Origin: Synergistaceae bacterium UBA5827
GTDB taxonomy: Bacteria > Synergistota > Synergistia > Synergistales > 79-D21
Direction of reading: 5' to 3'
DNA: 39,359 nt
Assembly (NCBI GenBank): GCA_002432945.1
Contig: DJHE01000027.1
Location: forward strand, 1 to 39,359
Shown: positions 7,925 through 16,959 of the stretch, piece by piece
How positions within the stretch are numbered: the stretch's first letter is position 1
Layout of the letters: each line of letters opens with the position of its first letter
The notes under the pieces: generated by a model
Database searches by the model: none
Told to the model about the DNA's origin: nothing
What the model saw: only the letters and a program-made list of their open reading frames with translations
Translations under genes and position numbers: made by a program

Positions 7925-9026
7925 GAGGGCCTATAAGGGACAATCGGATTATGCTGTTCCTCCAGGAGACACGCTTCTCGAAACGTTGAAAACAATCAGG
8001 ATGTCTCAGCGCGAGCTCTCGGGACGCATGGGCATGGCGCTAAAGACCATAAATGAAATCATCCAAGGGAAAGCCCCTATTACCCCTGAGACGGCGATCG
8101 GACTCGAAACCGTACTCGGCGTGGAGGCATCTTTTTGGTTGAATCTGGAAGCTAATTTCAGGGCCGATCTTGCCAGGATCAAAAACAAGGAACAAATATC
8201 GTCGGAAATCGAAACCTCCAAAAACTTCCCCTATTCTCAGATGGCAAAGAATGATTGGTTACTCGCAACAAAGAAGCCGGAAGATCGGGTTATTCACCTT
8301 CGGAGGTTTTTCGGCGTTGCCTCCCTGAGCAACATCGACAATCTCCCTATGGCTGCAAATTTTCGAAGGAAACAGACTAAACAGACTTCTGTTTATGCCT
8401 TAATGGCATGGATAAGACAGGGCGAGATCCAGGCTCAGGAGGTTAAAACCGGCGTTTTTTCGGCCACAGCTTTGCGTGAGGCAATTCCGCATATCCGAAA
8501 ACTAACAGACAGTTCTCCCGGGTTCGACTCCATACTCAAGGAAACATGCGCAGAGTGCGGCGTTGCCGTTTCGATCGTTCCAGGCATCCACGGCACTTCG
8601 GTTCAAGGCGCAACCCGTTGGATCAGCAAAGATAAGGCTCTAGTCTGCCTGAGCACCCGTTATTCCTGGTCCGATATCTTCTGGTTTTCCTTCTTCCACG
8701 AGGTTGGCCACATTTTGAAAGGACACAAAAAGAAGGAAATTTTCGTCAACTTTGGGGATCCCGGCTTTATTCCGGAAGATAAACTCCTTGAGGAAGAAGC
8801 AGACCACTTCGCCAGGGAAGCGCTAATCCCCACTAAGACTTTTTCCGCTTTCGCTGCTAAAAGAGACTTTTCAAGGCCAGCGATTGAGGCTTTCGCTGAA
8901 TCAGTAGGTGTCCCCCCGGGAATAGTCGGCGGCAGATTAGTTAAGGATGGTCTATTGCACTGGAACCAAGTCGCACCCTATCGAACAAAATTATCAATCT
9001 CTCCTCGGTGCTTTCAGGACAATTAA
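7914..9026 (+). CDS. higA: HigA-type HTH antitoxin fused to ImmA/IrrE Zn-metallopeptidase
   Basis: PPGDTL..MSQRELS.RMG...ITPETAIGLE..FWLNLE; FWFSFFHEVGH (HExxH) and EEEADHFA. Confidence 0.88.
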   Translation: MTIKRAYKGQSDYAVPPGDTLLETLKTIRMSQRELSGRMGMALKTINEIIQGKAPITPETAIGLETVLGVEASFWLNLEANFRADLARIKNKEQISSEIETSKNFPYSQMAKNDWLLATKKPEDRVIHLRRFFGVASLSNIDNLPMAANFRRKQTKQTSVYALMAWIRQGEIQAQEVKTGVFSATALREAIPHIRKLTDSSPGFDSILKETCAECGVAVSIVPGIHGTSVQGATRWISKDKALVCLSTRYSWSDIFWFSFFHEVGHILKGHKKKEIFVNFGDPGFIPEDKLLEEEADHFAREALIPTKTFSAFAAKRDFSRPAIEAFAESVGVPPGIVGGRLVKDGLLHWNQVAPYRTKLSISPRCFQDN

Positions 9027-9050
9027 CCCGCGCTTCTCCAAAGGGGTCGT

Positions 9051-10682
9051 TTGAGAATGCCTCCCACACCCACGCGCTTTATCCCAGCAGCAGCCTATGC
9101 CCGTTGCTCCCTTCGTGAACAGGTCGAAAAGGGATTATCCATTCCCGCACAAATTGAGGAAATCCATCGATGGAGCAAAGAACACGGATACGAAATCGTA
9201 GCCGAATTCGTCGACGCCGGCCGCCGAGGATCTGACGACACGCGGGAGGAATTCGTCAGGTTACGCAAGCTTTCCTCCGAGAGAAAATGCCCGTGGAAGG
9301 CGATTATCATCTGGAAATCGGATCGTATGGCCAGAGACACCGAACAAGCGGCAGTGTTCAGAGGGATTCTCCGCCGCAATGGAATTGATCTCCTATCTGT
9401 TACGGAACCGAATCTCGATGGTCCTATAGGCGCCCTTATGTCCGCCGTTCTTGATGCTATCGCAGCCTTTTATTCTGGTCAGCTCGCAGAAAATGTCCTA
9501 AGAGGACAGAAACAAGGAGCCAGAGCCGGCTTTGTTCAAGGTGGCATTGCCCCGTTTGGTCTAAAAAAAATCGCAATCGAAAACGAGTATGGAAAGACAA
9601 AATGGAAGTACGCTCCTGATCCCGCAACGGCACCGTGGGTCCGATGGATTTACGATAGATACGGCGAAGGAGCGGCAATGATCGATATCGTCAAGGAACT
9701 CAATAAGCGAGCGGTCCCAACTTTAAGGGGAGGGCGTTGGCAAACCTCGCTGATTTCCAAAATCCTAAATCGACATCAACAGACCTATCTCGGTTCTCTT
9801 GTTTACAACCGAGTCAGGCTTCCAAAGGGAGCCGTGACCCAAATCCCTAAATCCCCGGATGAATGGGTTGTCACCCCGGGAGCGCATGATCCGATCATCA
9901 CCATAGAGCAGGCAGAAAAAGTAAATCTTGCTCGGCAAGGAAGGCCCAGCCTTACAGCAAATCGCCAGAATGCCACCCCCACCCTCTTAGATGGACTTGT
10001 TTTCTGTGGAGTTTGTAAGAGAAGGCTGATAATTGGATCGGGACGTTGGTTAAAAGCTGGTAGCGAGGTTACTGAGCCTTACTATCACTGCTCACCCAAA
10101 TCCTTCGCCAGGCTAAAAGGAATAGAAACCGAGGCGTCAGCGCACCCCGGGTATTTTGTTCCCGTCAATGTTCTTGCTCCGATAGTGACCGAAAAAATTC
10201 GCGCAAAAGTTTTGGCAGATGGCTTTGTCGATAGCCTGCAAGATCATATAGCACGGCTGGAGACCGTCCAGAAGAAAAACACCCAGAAGCAACTAGCTGC
10301 CCTAGAAAAGGAAAAGGAGAAAATAAAGGCTCGCCGGAATGCTCTAGCCGAAGCCGTCCTTGATGGTTCTATCCCGAGAGATGTTGCGAGAGGGAAACAA
10401 CAGGAGATGACTCTTGCTCTTGGCGAGTTGGAGAAACAGCTTGATCAATTATCCGTGCCAGTACCTCCAAGCCCTTTGCTCCGGCTGAGCGAACTACCCC
10501 CCGAAGCCTTCCGCGAAGCCTTGAAAACTCCCAATGGCCTAAGGGCTGTAATGGTCTCCTTGGTCGAAAAAATTGAAACCTGGCCGGACCGGCATGGGAC
10601 CATTTTCTACTCCGAATTATTCCCTCCCGAGGAGATCCGTTTTCCCAGGCGCCCTAGGGGTCGGCAAGCCCTCAAAGCTTAA
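9051..10682 (+). CDS. Large serine recombinase (integrase)
   Basis: YARCS catalytic motif, SDRMAR, recombinase domain (APFG, YLG), LLDGLVFCGVC Zn ribbon, coiled coil. Confidence 0.93.
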   Translation: MRMPPTPTRFIPAAAYARCSLREQVEKGLSIPAQIEEIHRWSKEHGYEIVAEFVDAGRRGSDDTREEFVRLRKLSSERKCPWKAIIIWKSDRMARDTEQAAVFRGILRRNGIDLLSVTEPNLDGPIGALMSAVLDAIAAFYSGQLAENVLRGQKQGARAGFVQGGIAPFGLKKIAIENEYGKTKWKYAPDPATAPWVRWIYDRYGEGAAMIDIVKELNKRAVPTLRGGRWQTSLISKILNRHQQTYLGSLVYNRVRLPKGAVTQIPKSPDEWVVTPGAHDPIITIEQAEKVNLARQGRPSLTANRQNATPTLLDGLVFCGVCKRRLIIGSGRWLKAGSEVTEPYYHCSPKSFARLKGIETEASAHPGYFVPVNVLAPIVTEKIRAKVLADGFVDSLQDHIARLETVQKKNTQKQLAALEKEKEKIKARRNALAEAVLDGSIPRDVARGKQQEMTLALGELEKQLDQLSVPVPPSPLLRLSELPPEAFREALKTPNGLRAVMVSLVEKIETWPDRHGTIFYSELFPPEEIRFPRRPRGRQALKA

Positions 10683-10695
10683 ACTCAAAACGGGT

Positions 10696-10992
10696 TCACA
10701 TACTACACGGCTGGTGGGTGCTGAGGAAGACGGTTTCCCCCGGGTCCGGCCGGTTCGGCAAACGGTAGAACGCATGGATCGTGGCCGTTTCCCCGTGGAG
10801 GGTGGGATCCTCCTCCCGGCGGTTGCTGCCCGTTACCACCACGTCCAGGTTCGGCCCGGCGAGCACCGCCGCCCCGAATAGGTTGTTCCCCTCGGCCACC
10901 AGGCGCTCGGTGAGGGGGTAGATGTCGTACCGGATCACGTGCAGAAGGCGTTCGGCCTCGTCCAAGAAAACCACTCTCCAGTTCCACTCCAT
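10696..10992 (-). pseudogene. Nucleoside/cytidine-type deaminase, 5' fragment truncated by element insertion
   Basis: GNNLFGAAV, DPTLHGE, LSTHQPCSM then stop where the second Zn-ligand Cys (PCxxC) is expected. Confidence 0.8.
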
Positions 10993-11060
10993 CTTACCGC
11001 TTTTGGCTGTTAGCTACACGCTAATTTTAAAGGAGACGAGCCCTCATTCTTATCTATCTA

Positions 11061-11114
11061 TTGACAAAGATAGAGGTTCCGCTTATTTTTCTAATATTAT
11101 CCGCAAGATAATAT
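11061..11114 (+). promoter_or_regulatory. Promoter (-35 TTGACA) and palindromic operator upstream of the IclR operon
   Basis: TTGACA 11061-11066; ATATTATC-N5-GATAATAT 11094-11114. Confidence 0.55.
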
Positions 11115-11136
11115 GATTAGCCAGGAGAAAACAAAC

Positions 11137-11907
11137 ATGGAGAACATCGGCAGCATCGAGAAAGCGCTGGGCGTCTTCAACCTGCTCCGGAAAGCCCCGT
11201 ATTCGATGAACCTGACCGAGATCGCCGCCGGCCTGGACATGTCGAAACCGGGAGCGCTGAAGATCGTGCGCGTCCTGGAAGAAAACGCCTTCCTGGTCAA
11301 GGATCCTCAATCGAAGCACTATTCCCTCGGTCCCGCCCTTTTCCGGCTGGGCAACCTCTACCGCGAGCAAAAGGGAATCACCGAGATCGTCCAGCCCGTC
11401 CTGTTCCAGCTGACCGATTTCACCAAGGCCACCTCCTATCTCACCCTCTGGGAAAAGGACGAAGCCTTCCTCATCCTCGTCGAGGAAAACCCCAAGGAAC
11501 CCTGCTATGCCCTGAAGGGAGGAGTCGTTTTCGGCGATGCGGTCCCCATCCATTGCGGGGCGTCGGCAAAACTGCTGGCCGCCTACCAGGAAAAGGCACT
11601 CGTCACCGGGATCCTCGAGAAGCGGGGATTGGAAAGGAAGGGATCCAGGACCATCGTGAACATGGAGGACCTTTTCGGGGAATACGCGTCGATCCGGGAG
11701 AAAGGCTACGCCCTGTCCGAGGACGAGTACGAAGAGGGACTGATCGCCCTTTCCGTCCCCATCGCGGGCCCCGGCGGGACGGTCCGCATGGCCCTCTCGA
11801 TCTCCGGGAACAAGGCATGGCTGTCAAGGGAGGGAATTCTGGAACATCTTCCCCTCCTGCAACAGGGTGCCCGCCAGATCGCCTACAAACTGGCTTTCAG
11901 GAAATGA
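11137..11907 (+). CDS. IclR family transcriptional regulator
   Basis: SIEKALGV, HTH, YSLGP, PIHCGASAK, IREKGYALSEDEYEEG..ALSVPI. Confidence 0.93.
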   Translation: MENIGSIEKALGVFNLLRKAPYSMNLTEIAAGLDMSKPGALKIVRVLEENAFLVKDPQSKHYSLGPALFRLGNLYREQKGITEIVQPVLFQLTDFTKATSYLTLWEKDEAFLILVEENPKEPCYALKGGVVFGDAVPIHCGASAKLLAAYQEKALVTGILEKRGLERKGSRTIVNMEDLFGEYASIREKGYALSEDEYEEGLIALSVPIAGPGGTVRMALSISGNKAWLSREGILEHLPLLQQGARQIAYKLAFRK

Positions 11908-11932
11908 AACCCATCTAGGGGAGGTGCAGGAA

Positions 11933-13006
11933 GTGAAACGAGCTCCTTTGTTAATCCTCATCGCGCTGACGGCATGTTTCATCTTTCTCGGCGGCGACAC
12001 CCGGCCCGCCGAAGCCAAGACCGAGGTCAAGTGGCGGTTCGCCGTGCCCTGGCCGAGACCCGTTCTCCAGAAGGCGTTCGACCGGTTTTGCGCCGAGGTG
12101 AAGACCAACTCGGGCGGGCGGATGGAGATCACGCTGTTCCCGGACGGCCTCCTGGGCGGGCACAACGAAACCTTTGCCGGCGTCCGGCAGGGCGAGATCG
12201 AAATGGCCATGCTCGTCCCCTACGTGAACCTCGTCCCGGGCGGCGTGGTCAACTTCATGCCCTGGACGGTGTCGAACTACGACGAGTTCTCCCTCGCCTT
12301 CAGGACTCCCAAGGGAATCCTTCACAGGGTGATGGAAAAGGCTTACGACGAGGCCAACATGCACGTCCTCTTCTCGATCTCGGGCGGCGGCTACGGACTG
12401 GGGAACAACGTCCGGCCGATCCGGAAGCCCGCCGACCTGAAGAACCTGAAGATGCGGGTCTCCTCCTCCCTCGGCATGGTCCGCGCCCTGGGCAACATGG
12501 GCAAGGGAACCGGGATGAGCATGGAGACGGTGCCCTGGTCCGAGCTGTACAACGCCCTTTCCCGGAAGGTCGTCGACGGCTGCTGGAGCACGACCAACCT
12601 CCTCGTCGCCGAGCGGCAGTACGAGGTCATGAAGTACTACACGGACCTGGGGATGGCCTGGGACGCGGCCCAGATCGCCGTCAACCGGGAAGCCTGGGAA
12701 AAACTCCCGCCGGACCTGAAAACGATCGTCGAAAAAGCCGCGAAGGGCGCCGAGGCCTACGCCCTGAACCTGCAGAAGAACGCACTGGCCGAGGATACTG
12801 AGACCCTCAAGAAGAAGGGGCTGCAGGTCGTCCAGCTCACCCCTGCCGAAAAGGAAGCCTTCTTCAAGGCCTCCGACGTGGACAGCATCTGGAAGGAAAT
12901 GGTCAAGCCCTGGATGGACAAGGCGTTCCCCGGGCAGAACATGACCCAGGTCGTGCAGGCCGAGCTCGCGAAGGTGCGAGCCGAAGCCGCGAAACTGAGG
13001 AAATAG
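11933..13006 (+). CDS. dctP: TRAP transporter substrate-binding protein
   Basis: Signal peptide; SGGRMEITLFPDGLLG, DLKNLKMRV, WSELYNAL..VVDG, WEKLPPDLK; GTG start after GGAGGTG. Confidence 0.92.
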   Translation: MKRAPLLILIALTACFIFLGGDTRPAEAKTEVKWRFAVPWPRPVLQKAFDRFCAEVKTNSGGRMEITLFPDGLLGGHNETFAGVRQGEIEMAMLVPYVNLVPGGVVNFMPWTVSNYDEFSLAFRTPKGILHRVMEKAYDEANMHVLFSISGGGYGLGNNVRPIRKPADLKNLKMRVSSSLGMVRALGNMGKGTGMSMETVPWSELYNALSRKVVDGCWSTTNLLVAERQYEVMKYYTDLGMAWDAAQIAVNREAWEKLPPDLKTIVEKAAKGAEAYALNLQKNALAEDTETLKKKGLQVVQLTPAEKEAFFKASDVDSIWKEMVKPWMDKAFPGQNMTQVVQAELAKVRAEAAKLRK

Positions 13007-13015
13007 CCGCAAGCG

Positions 13016-13058
13016 GCCCGAAGAGCCGGATTTTCTCCCGGTTCTTCGGGCTTTTTTT
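13016..13058 (+). terminator. Intra-operon stem-loop with U-tract after dctP
   Basis: GCCCGAAGAGCCGG/CCGGTTCTTCGGGC stem followed by T7. Confidence 0.7.
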
Positions 13059-13079
13059 CGCCCAAAGGGAGGCTTCGCC

Positions 13080-13580
13080 ATGTTTCATCGCTTGGACCAA
13101 GCCCTGGGAGGCACCGAAAAATGGGTGGCATCCGTTTGCCTCGCCCTCACCACCGCCCTTGCCTTCATCCAGGTTTTCAACCGCTACCTTCTGCACTTCG
13201 AGATCATGGGAATCGGCGATCTTTACGTCTACATCTACGTCATCTGCCTCTACGCCTCGCTGGCCTACACGACGAAGGAGGGCGGCCACACGGCCGTGGA
13301 AGTGCTCCAAATCTTCCTCAAGCGCCGGTCGCCCAGGGCCTTGCGTCTTCACGGCCTGGCGATCCAGGCCTGTTCCCTGCTGATCCTGCTTGTTTTCCTT
13401 TCACCGGCCAGCCATACCTTCCGCGACGCCATACGGTTCCCGGAATGGTCAACCCTGGTTCCCTGGTTCAACGTCAGCTGGCTGGCCTACGCCATGACCC
13501 TCTCTCTCTGCCTCTGCGTGTACCACATGCTGAGGAACATCTACCTGTCGCTGGCCGAATCCCGGCGGTCACCGGAATAG
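13080..13580 (+). CDS. dctQ: TRAP transporter small permease
   Basis: 4 TM segments, QVFNRY, GGHTAVE. Confidence 0.88.
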   Translation: MFHRLDQALGGTEKWVASVCLALTTALAFIQVFNRYLLHFEIMGIGDLYVYIYVICLYASLAYTTKEGGHTAVEVLQIFLKRRSPRALRLHGLAIQACSLLILLVFLSPASHTFRDAIRFPEWSTLVPWFNVSWLAYAMTLSLCLCVYHMLRNIYLSLAESRRSPE

Positions 13581-13593
13581 GAGGGGGCGGACC

Positions 13594-14922
13594 ATGGAAC
13601 CCGGCATCGTCCTCAGTCTCGTCCTGTTCTTCCTCGGCCTCGCGGTCGGGATTCCCATCGGCTGGGTGTTCCTCGGGAGCACCTTCGCCGGGCTATGGCT
13701 ACTGGGGGATTCCCTCAGGTTCACGGCCACCACCTTCTACCACTCCCTCAACTCGGAGATCCTCGTCGCCGTGGGATTCTTCATCTTCGCCGGGAGCCTG
13801 CTCTCCGTCTCCGGCCTCGCCGAACGGATCGTGCGGTTCTCCAATGCCCTCGTCGGGAAAGTGAAGGGTGGGCTGATCGTCGTGGCCATCGTCGCCACAC
13901 TCTTCCTGGGAGCCCTGACGGGATCCTCCCTGCCCTGTATCTCCGCCCTCATCCCGCTCCTGGTGCCCGAGCTAGCGAAATACGGCTACCAGAAGCGCTA
14001 CACGACGGCCGTACTCTGCGCCTCCAGCTTTCTCGGCTACCTGATCCCCCCGAGCGTCCCCGCCCTGATCTACTGCCTCGTGGCCCAGCAGTCGGTGGCC
14101 GCCCTCTTCCTCTCGACGATCTTTCCCGGGCTCCTCCTGGCGGGCGGCTACATCGTGCTGAACTACTTCATCGTCGACCAGTACCGCGACCCGAAGTTCG
14201 CCCAAGAAGAAATCCTGCCCGGCTCGCTCGAGAAGACGTCCATCCTCTCCGCCTTTGCCGGGGCCCTGCCGGCGCTCGGCTGTCCCCTGATCATCCTCGT
14301 CGGAATCTACGGCGGGATCTTCACCCCCAGCGAGGCGGGCGCAGTCGCCGTGGTCTACACCCTGCTGATCGGCAAGTTCGTCTACAAAGACCTCAAGGGC
14401 AAGGGCATCCTCGACTCGATGACATCCACGGTCGTCACCCTCGGCATGTCCACGATCCTGCTCGCGGGCGGGGCCGTCCTTACCCGGTATTTCCTCCGGT
14501 ACGGTGTCGCACAGGCCTTTGCGGGCGGGCTGCTCTCCCTCTTCCAGACGAAGATGCTGATCCTCTTCTCGATCAACATCTTCCTTCTCATCCTCGGGAT
14601 GTTCATCGACGGCATCCCCATCATGGTCATGGCCGTTCCCCTGATCCTGCCGATCGCGCGGGAACTGGACATCAACCTGGTCCACCTGGGGGCCCTCATT
14701 GTCGTGAACATCGGGATCGGGGTCATCACGCCCCCCTTTGCGATCTCCATCTTCTTCGGGTCCCGGCTCTCGGGCGTCCCCGCGGGGGAACTCGTCCCCC
14801 CGATCATGAAATTCCTGTTCATCGTCGCCATCCCGGTCTTGCTGCTGACCACCTACATCCCCTTCCTGTCCTGCTGGCTCCCCTCCCTTGTGCTGGGTGA
14901 AGCCATCGTGGGGCCCTGGTGA
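13594..14922 (+). CDS. dctM: TRAP transporter large permease
   Basis: LGYLIPPS, GGIFTPSEAGAV, IGVITPP; about 12 TM segments. Confidence 0.93.
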   Translation: MEPGIVLSLVLFFLGLAVGIPIGWVFLGSTFAGLWLLGDSLRFTATTFYHSLNSEILVAVGFFIFAGSLLSVSGLAERIVRFSNALVGKVKGGLIVVAIVATLFLGALTGSSLPCISALIPLLVPELAKYGYQKRYTTAVLCASSFLGYLIPPSVPALIYCLVAQQSVAALFLSTIFPGLLLAGGYIVLNYFIVDQYRDPKFAQEEILPGSLEKTSILSAFAGALPALGCPLIILVGIYGGIFTPSEAGAVAVVYTLLIGKFVYKDLKGKGILDSMTSTVVTLGMSTILLAGGAVLTRYFLRYGVAQAFAGGLLSLFQTKMLILFSINIFLLILGMFIDGIPIMVMAVPLILPIARELDINLVHLGALIVVNIGIGVITPPFAISIFFGSRLSGVPAGELVPPIMKFLFIVAIPVLLLTTYIPFLSCWLPSLVLGEAIVGPW

Positions 14923-14927
14923 CGGCC

Positions 14928-16529
14928 ATGGCCGACCTCGTCGTCAAAAACGGGCTGATCGTGGACGGGTCGGGAAACCCCGCCTTCCGGGGCGACGTCG
15001 CCATCGAGGGCGACACCCTCACGGAAGTCGGGACTGTCACGGCAAGCGCCCGCCGGACCCTCGACGCCGGGGGGCTGGCGGTCTCCCCCGGGTTCATCGA
15101 CATCCACACACACGCGGACATGGGGATCATGACCTGCCCCGGTGCCCCCAACTACATCATGCAGGGCGTGACCACGGCCGTGACCGGGAACTGCGGCCTG
15201 ACCCTGGCCCCGTGCTCCGAAGCGCACCTGGCGGAGCTGGAGCAGTACCTGAAACCGTTCCTCCCGTCCTCCATGCCCGCCTTCACCTGGAGGAGCTTCG
15301 GCGATTTCATCGCGGTCATGGAGGCGGCCCGGCCGGCGATCAACCTGGTGCCGATGGTGGGGCACGGGACGCTCCGCATCGCGGTCGCCGGTTTCGAGAA
15401 CCGGCTTTGCACGGAAGAAGAACTCGAATCGATGGGGCGCCTCCTGGACGAAAGCCTTTACGACGGGTGCCACGGCCTGTCGACGGGACTCTTCTACCCC
15501 CCGGGGAGCTACTCCGACCTGGCGGAACTGGAAGCCCTGTTCCCCGTCCTGGAAAAACACGGCGCCTTCTACTCTTCGCACCTCAGGAGCGAGGGGCGCT
15601 ACCTGGAGGAATCCGTCCGGGAAGCCATCGCCCTGGGCGAGAAATACGGGGTGTCGGTGCAGCTGTCCCACCACAAGGCCTCGCCGCAGCCGAACTGGGG
15701 GAAGGTGGAAAAAACCCTGGCCCTCATCCGCGAGGCCCGCTCCCGCGGCGTGGAGGTGCGGTGCGACGTCTACCCCTACGACGGCAGCAGCACCACCGTG
15801 ACCGCCCTGCTCCCCGCCGATACCCTCGAGGGAGGGGTGCCGGGCCTCCTGGCCCGCCTCGCGGACCCTGGCCAGCGCATGGCCCTTGTCGGGCAGATCA
15901 CGAACCCCGGGGGGGGAGACGACTCCTTCATCCGCGATGTCGGATGGGACAACATCTACATCGTCTCCTGCCCGAAGGGGAACGAAATCGAGGGGAAGGC
16001 GCTCTCCTCCGTCGTCGGGCCCCTGCCCGTCGAAAACCAGGCGGAGCGCTTCCTGGACTGGCTCCTTTCCGTCGAAGGGGAAGCCCTCATGGTGGCCCGC
16101 GCGATGTCCGAGGCGGACGTTGAACAGGTCCTCGTCGACCCCGACTCCATCGTCGCCTCGGACTCCTGGGTCTCCGACCCCGCAGCGCCCGGGAAATGCC
16201 ATCCCCGCGCCTACGGGACCTTCCCCCGGCTGATCGGCCGCTACGCAAGGGAAAAGGGGCTGATGAGCCTTGAAAAGGCCGTGCGGAAGATCACCGGCCT
16301 GCCGGCGCTAAAGATCGGGCTGAAGGACAGGGGCCTGGTCGCCCCCGGAATGAAGGCGGACCTGGCCCTGTTCGACCCGGAACGCTTCCTGGACGGCGCC
16401 ACCTACGCGGACCCGAAACGGCATCCTTCGGGGCTGAATGCGGTGCTGATCAACGGGGAGATCGTGGTGGAAGAGGGGAAAAAATCGGGGATCCGGCCGG
16501 GGAAAGTGATCCGGAAGAGCAGTCGATAG
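14928..16529 (+). CDS. N-acyl-D-amino-acid deacylase (D-aminoacylase, amidohydrolase family)
   Basis: PGFIDIHTH, TGNCG, GLSTGLFYPPG, SHLRSE, SHHK, DVYPY, HPRAYGTFPR. Confidence 0.92.
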   Translation: MADLVVKNGLIVDGSGNPAFRGDVAIEGDTLTEVGTVTASARRTLDAGGLAVSPGFIDIHTHADMGIMTCPGAPNYIMQGVTTAVTGNCGLTLAPCSEAHLAELEQYLKPFLPSSMPAFTWRSFGDFIAVMEAARPAINLVPMVGHGTLRIAVAGFENRLCTEEELESMGRLLDESLYDGCHGLSTGLFYPPGSYSDLAELEALFPVLEKHGAFYSSHLRSEGRYLEESVREAIALGEKYGVSVQLSHHKASPQPNWGKVEKTLALIREARSRGVEVRCDVYPYDGSSTTVTALLPADTLEGGVPGLLARLADPGQRMALVGQITNPGGGDDSFIRDVGWDNIYIVSCPKGNEIEGKALSSVVGPLPVENQAERFLDWLLSVEGEALMVARAMSEADVEQVLVDPDSIVASDSWVSDPAAPGKCHPRAYGTFPRLIGRYAREKGLMSLEKAVRKITGLPALKIGLKDRGLVAPGMKADLALFDPERFLDGATYADPKRHPSGLNAVLINGEIVVEEGKKSGIRPGKVIRKSSR

Positions 16530-16562
16530 GCGAAACCGCCCGGAAACGGTTCGAGCCTTCCC

Positions 16563-16598
16563 GCCCGGGGCCCCCGCAACGAGGGACCCCGGGCTTTT
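16563..16598 (+). terminator. Rho-independent terminator
   Basis: GCCCGGGG...CCCCGGGC stem followed by TTTT. Confidence 0.65.
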
Positions 16599-16674
16599 CC
16601 TGTCGATATCCGTTAATGCAACTCTCTCGTTTTATGCTTACAATAGGTTATCTTTCAAGCGAGGGAGGCCCGTC

Positions 16675-16953
16675 ATGTCCGTCCGCCTGAGCGGAGTCCC
16701 GAAGAAAAACCGCCCCTTGGCCGAACGCCTGGGAGAAACCCTGGTGCCCCGCCCCTCCTCGACCTTCGTCTTTCGCCTGGAGCCCGCCTCCATCCTGGTG
16801 GTCGACCGCTCCCTGCCGCCGGAGGAAGGCTGCCTCGCCGTGGTCGCCACGGAAGCGGGGGGCCTGGCCTGCCGCCGCCTCGAGCGGGGCTTTGCCCCCT
16901 CCTCGGTCTGGGGGAGGGTCACCTGGATCCTCAAGGACCCCAACAAGGAGTAG
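16675..16953 (+). CDS. umuD: Minimal UmuD-like protein (degenerate S24)
   Basis: PSSTFVFR, ILVVDRSL, VWGRVTWI resemble UmuD; directly upstream of umuC; lacks GDSM. Confidence 0.65.
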   Translation: MSVRLSGVPKKNRPLAERLGETLVPRPSSTFVFRLEPASILVVDRSLPPEEGCLAVVATEAGGLACRRLERGFAPSSVWGRVTWILKDPNKE

Positions 16954-16959
16954 GTTCCC

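Larger units (their letters stand above)
1..10705. mobile_element. Right end of prophage-like integrative element (runs off the left edge of the window)
   Basis: Rha, Dam, Gp37/Gp68, SLT, TerL-like fragment, divergent Cro/CI, TA modules and terminal serine recombinase abutting a truncated host gene. No structural genes in window, so prophage vs satellite/ICE is unresolved. Confidence 0.85.

Noticed and set aside
11137-16529. IclR-TRAP-D-aminoacylase operon as a novel system
   Set aside because: Ordinary catabolic uptake operon; only the substrate is unknown.
16600-16674. SOS box upstream of umuD
   Set aside because: Neither CTGT-N8-ACAG nor GAAC-N4-GTTC is present; a lineage-specific box cannot be excluded.
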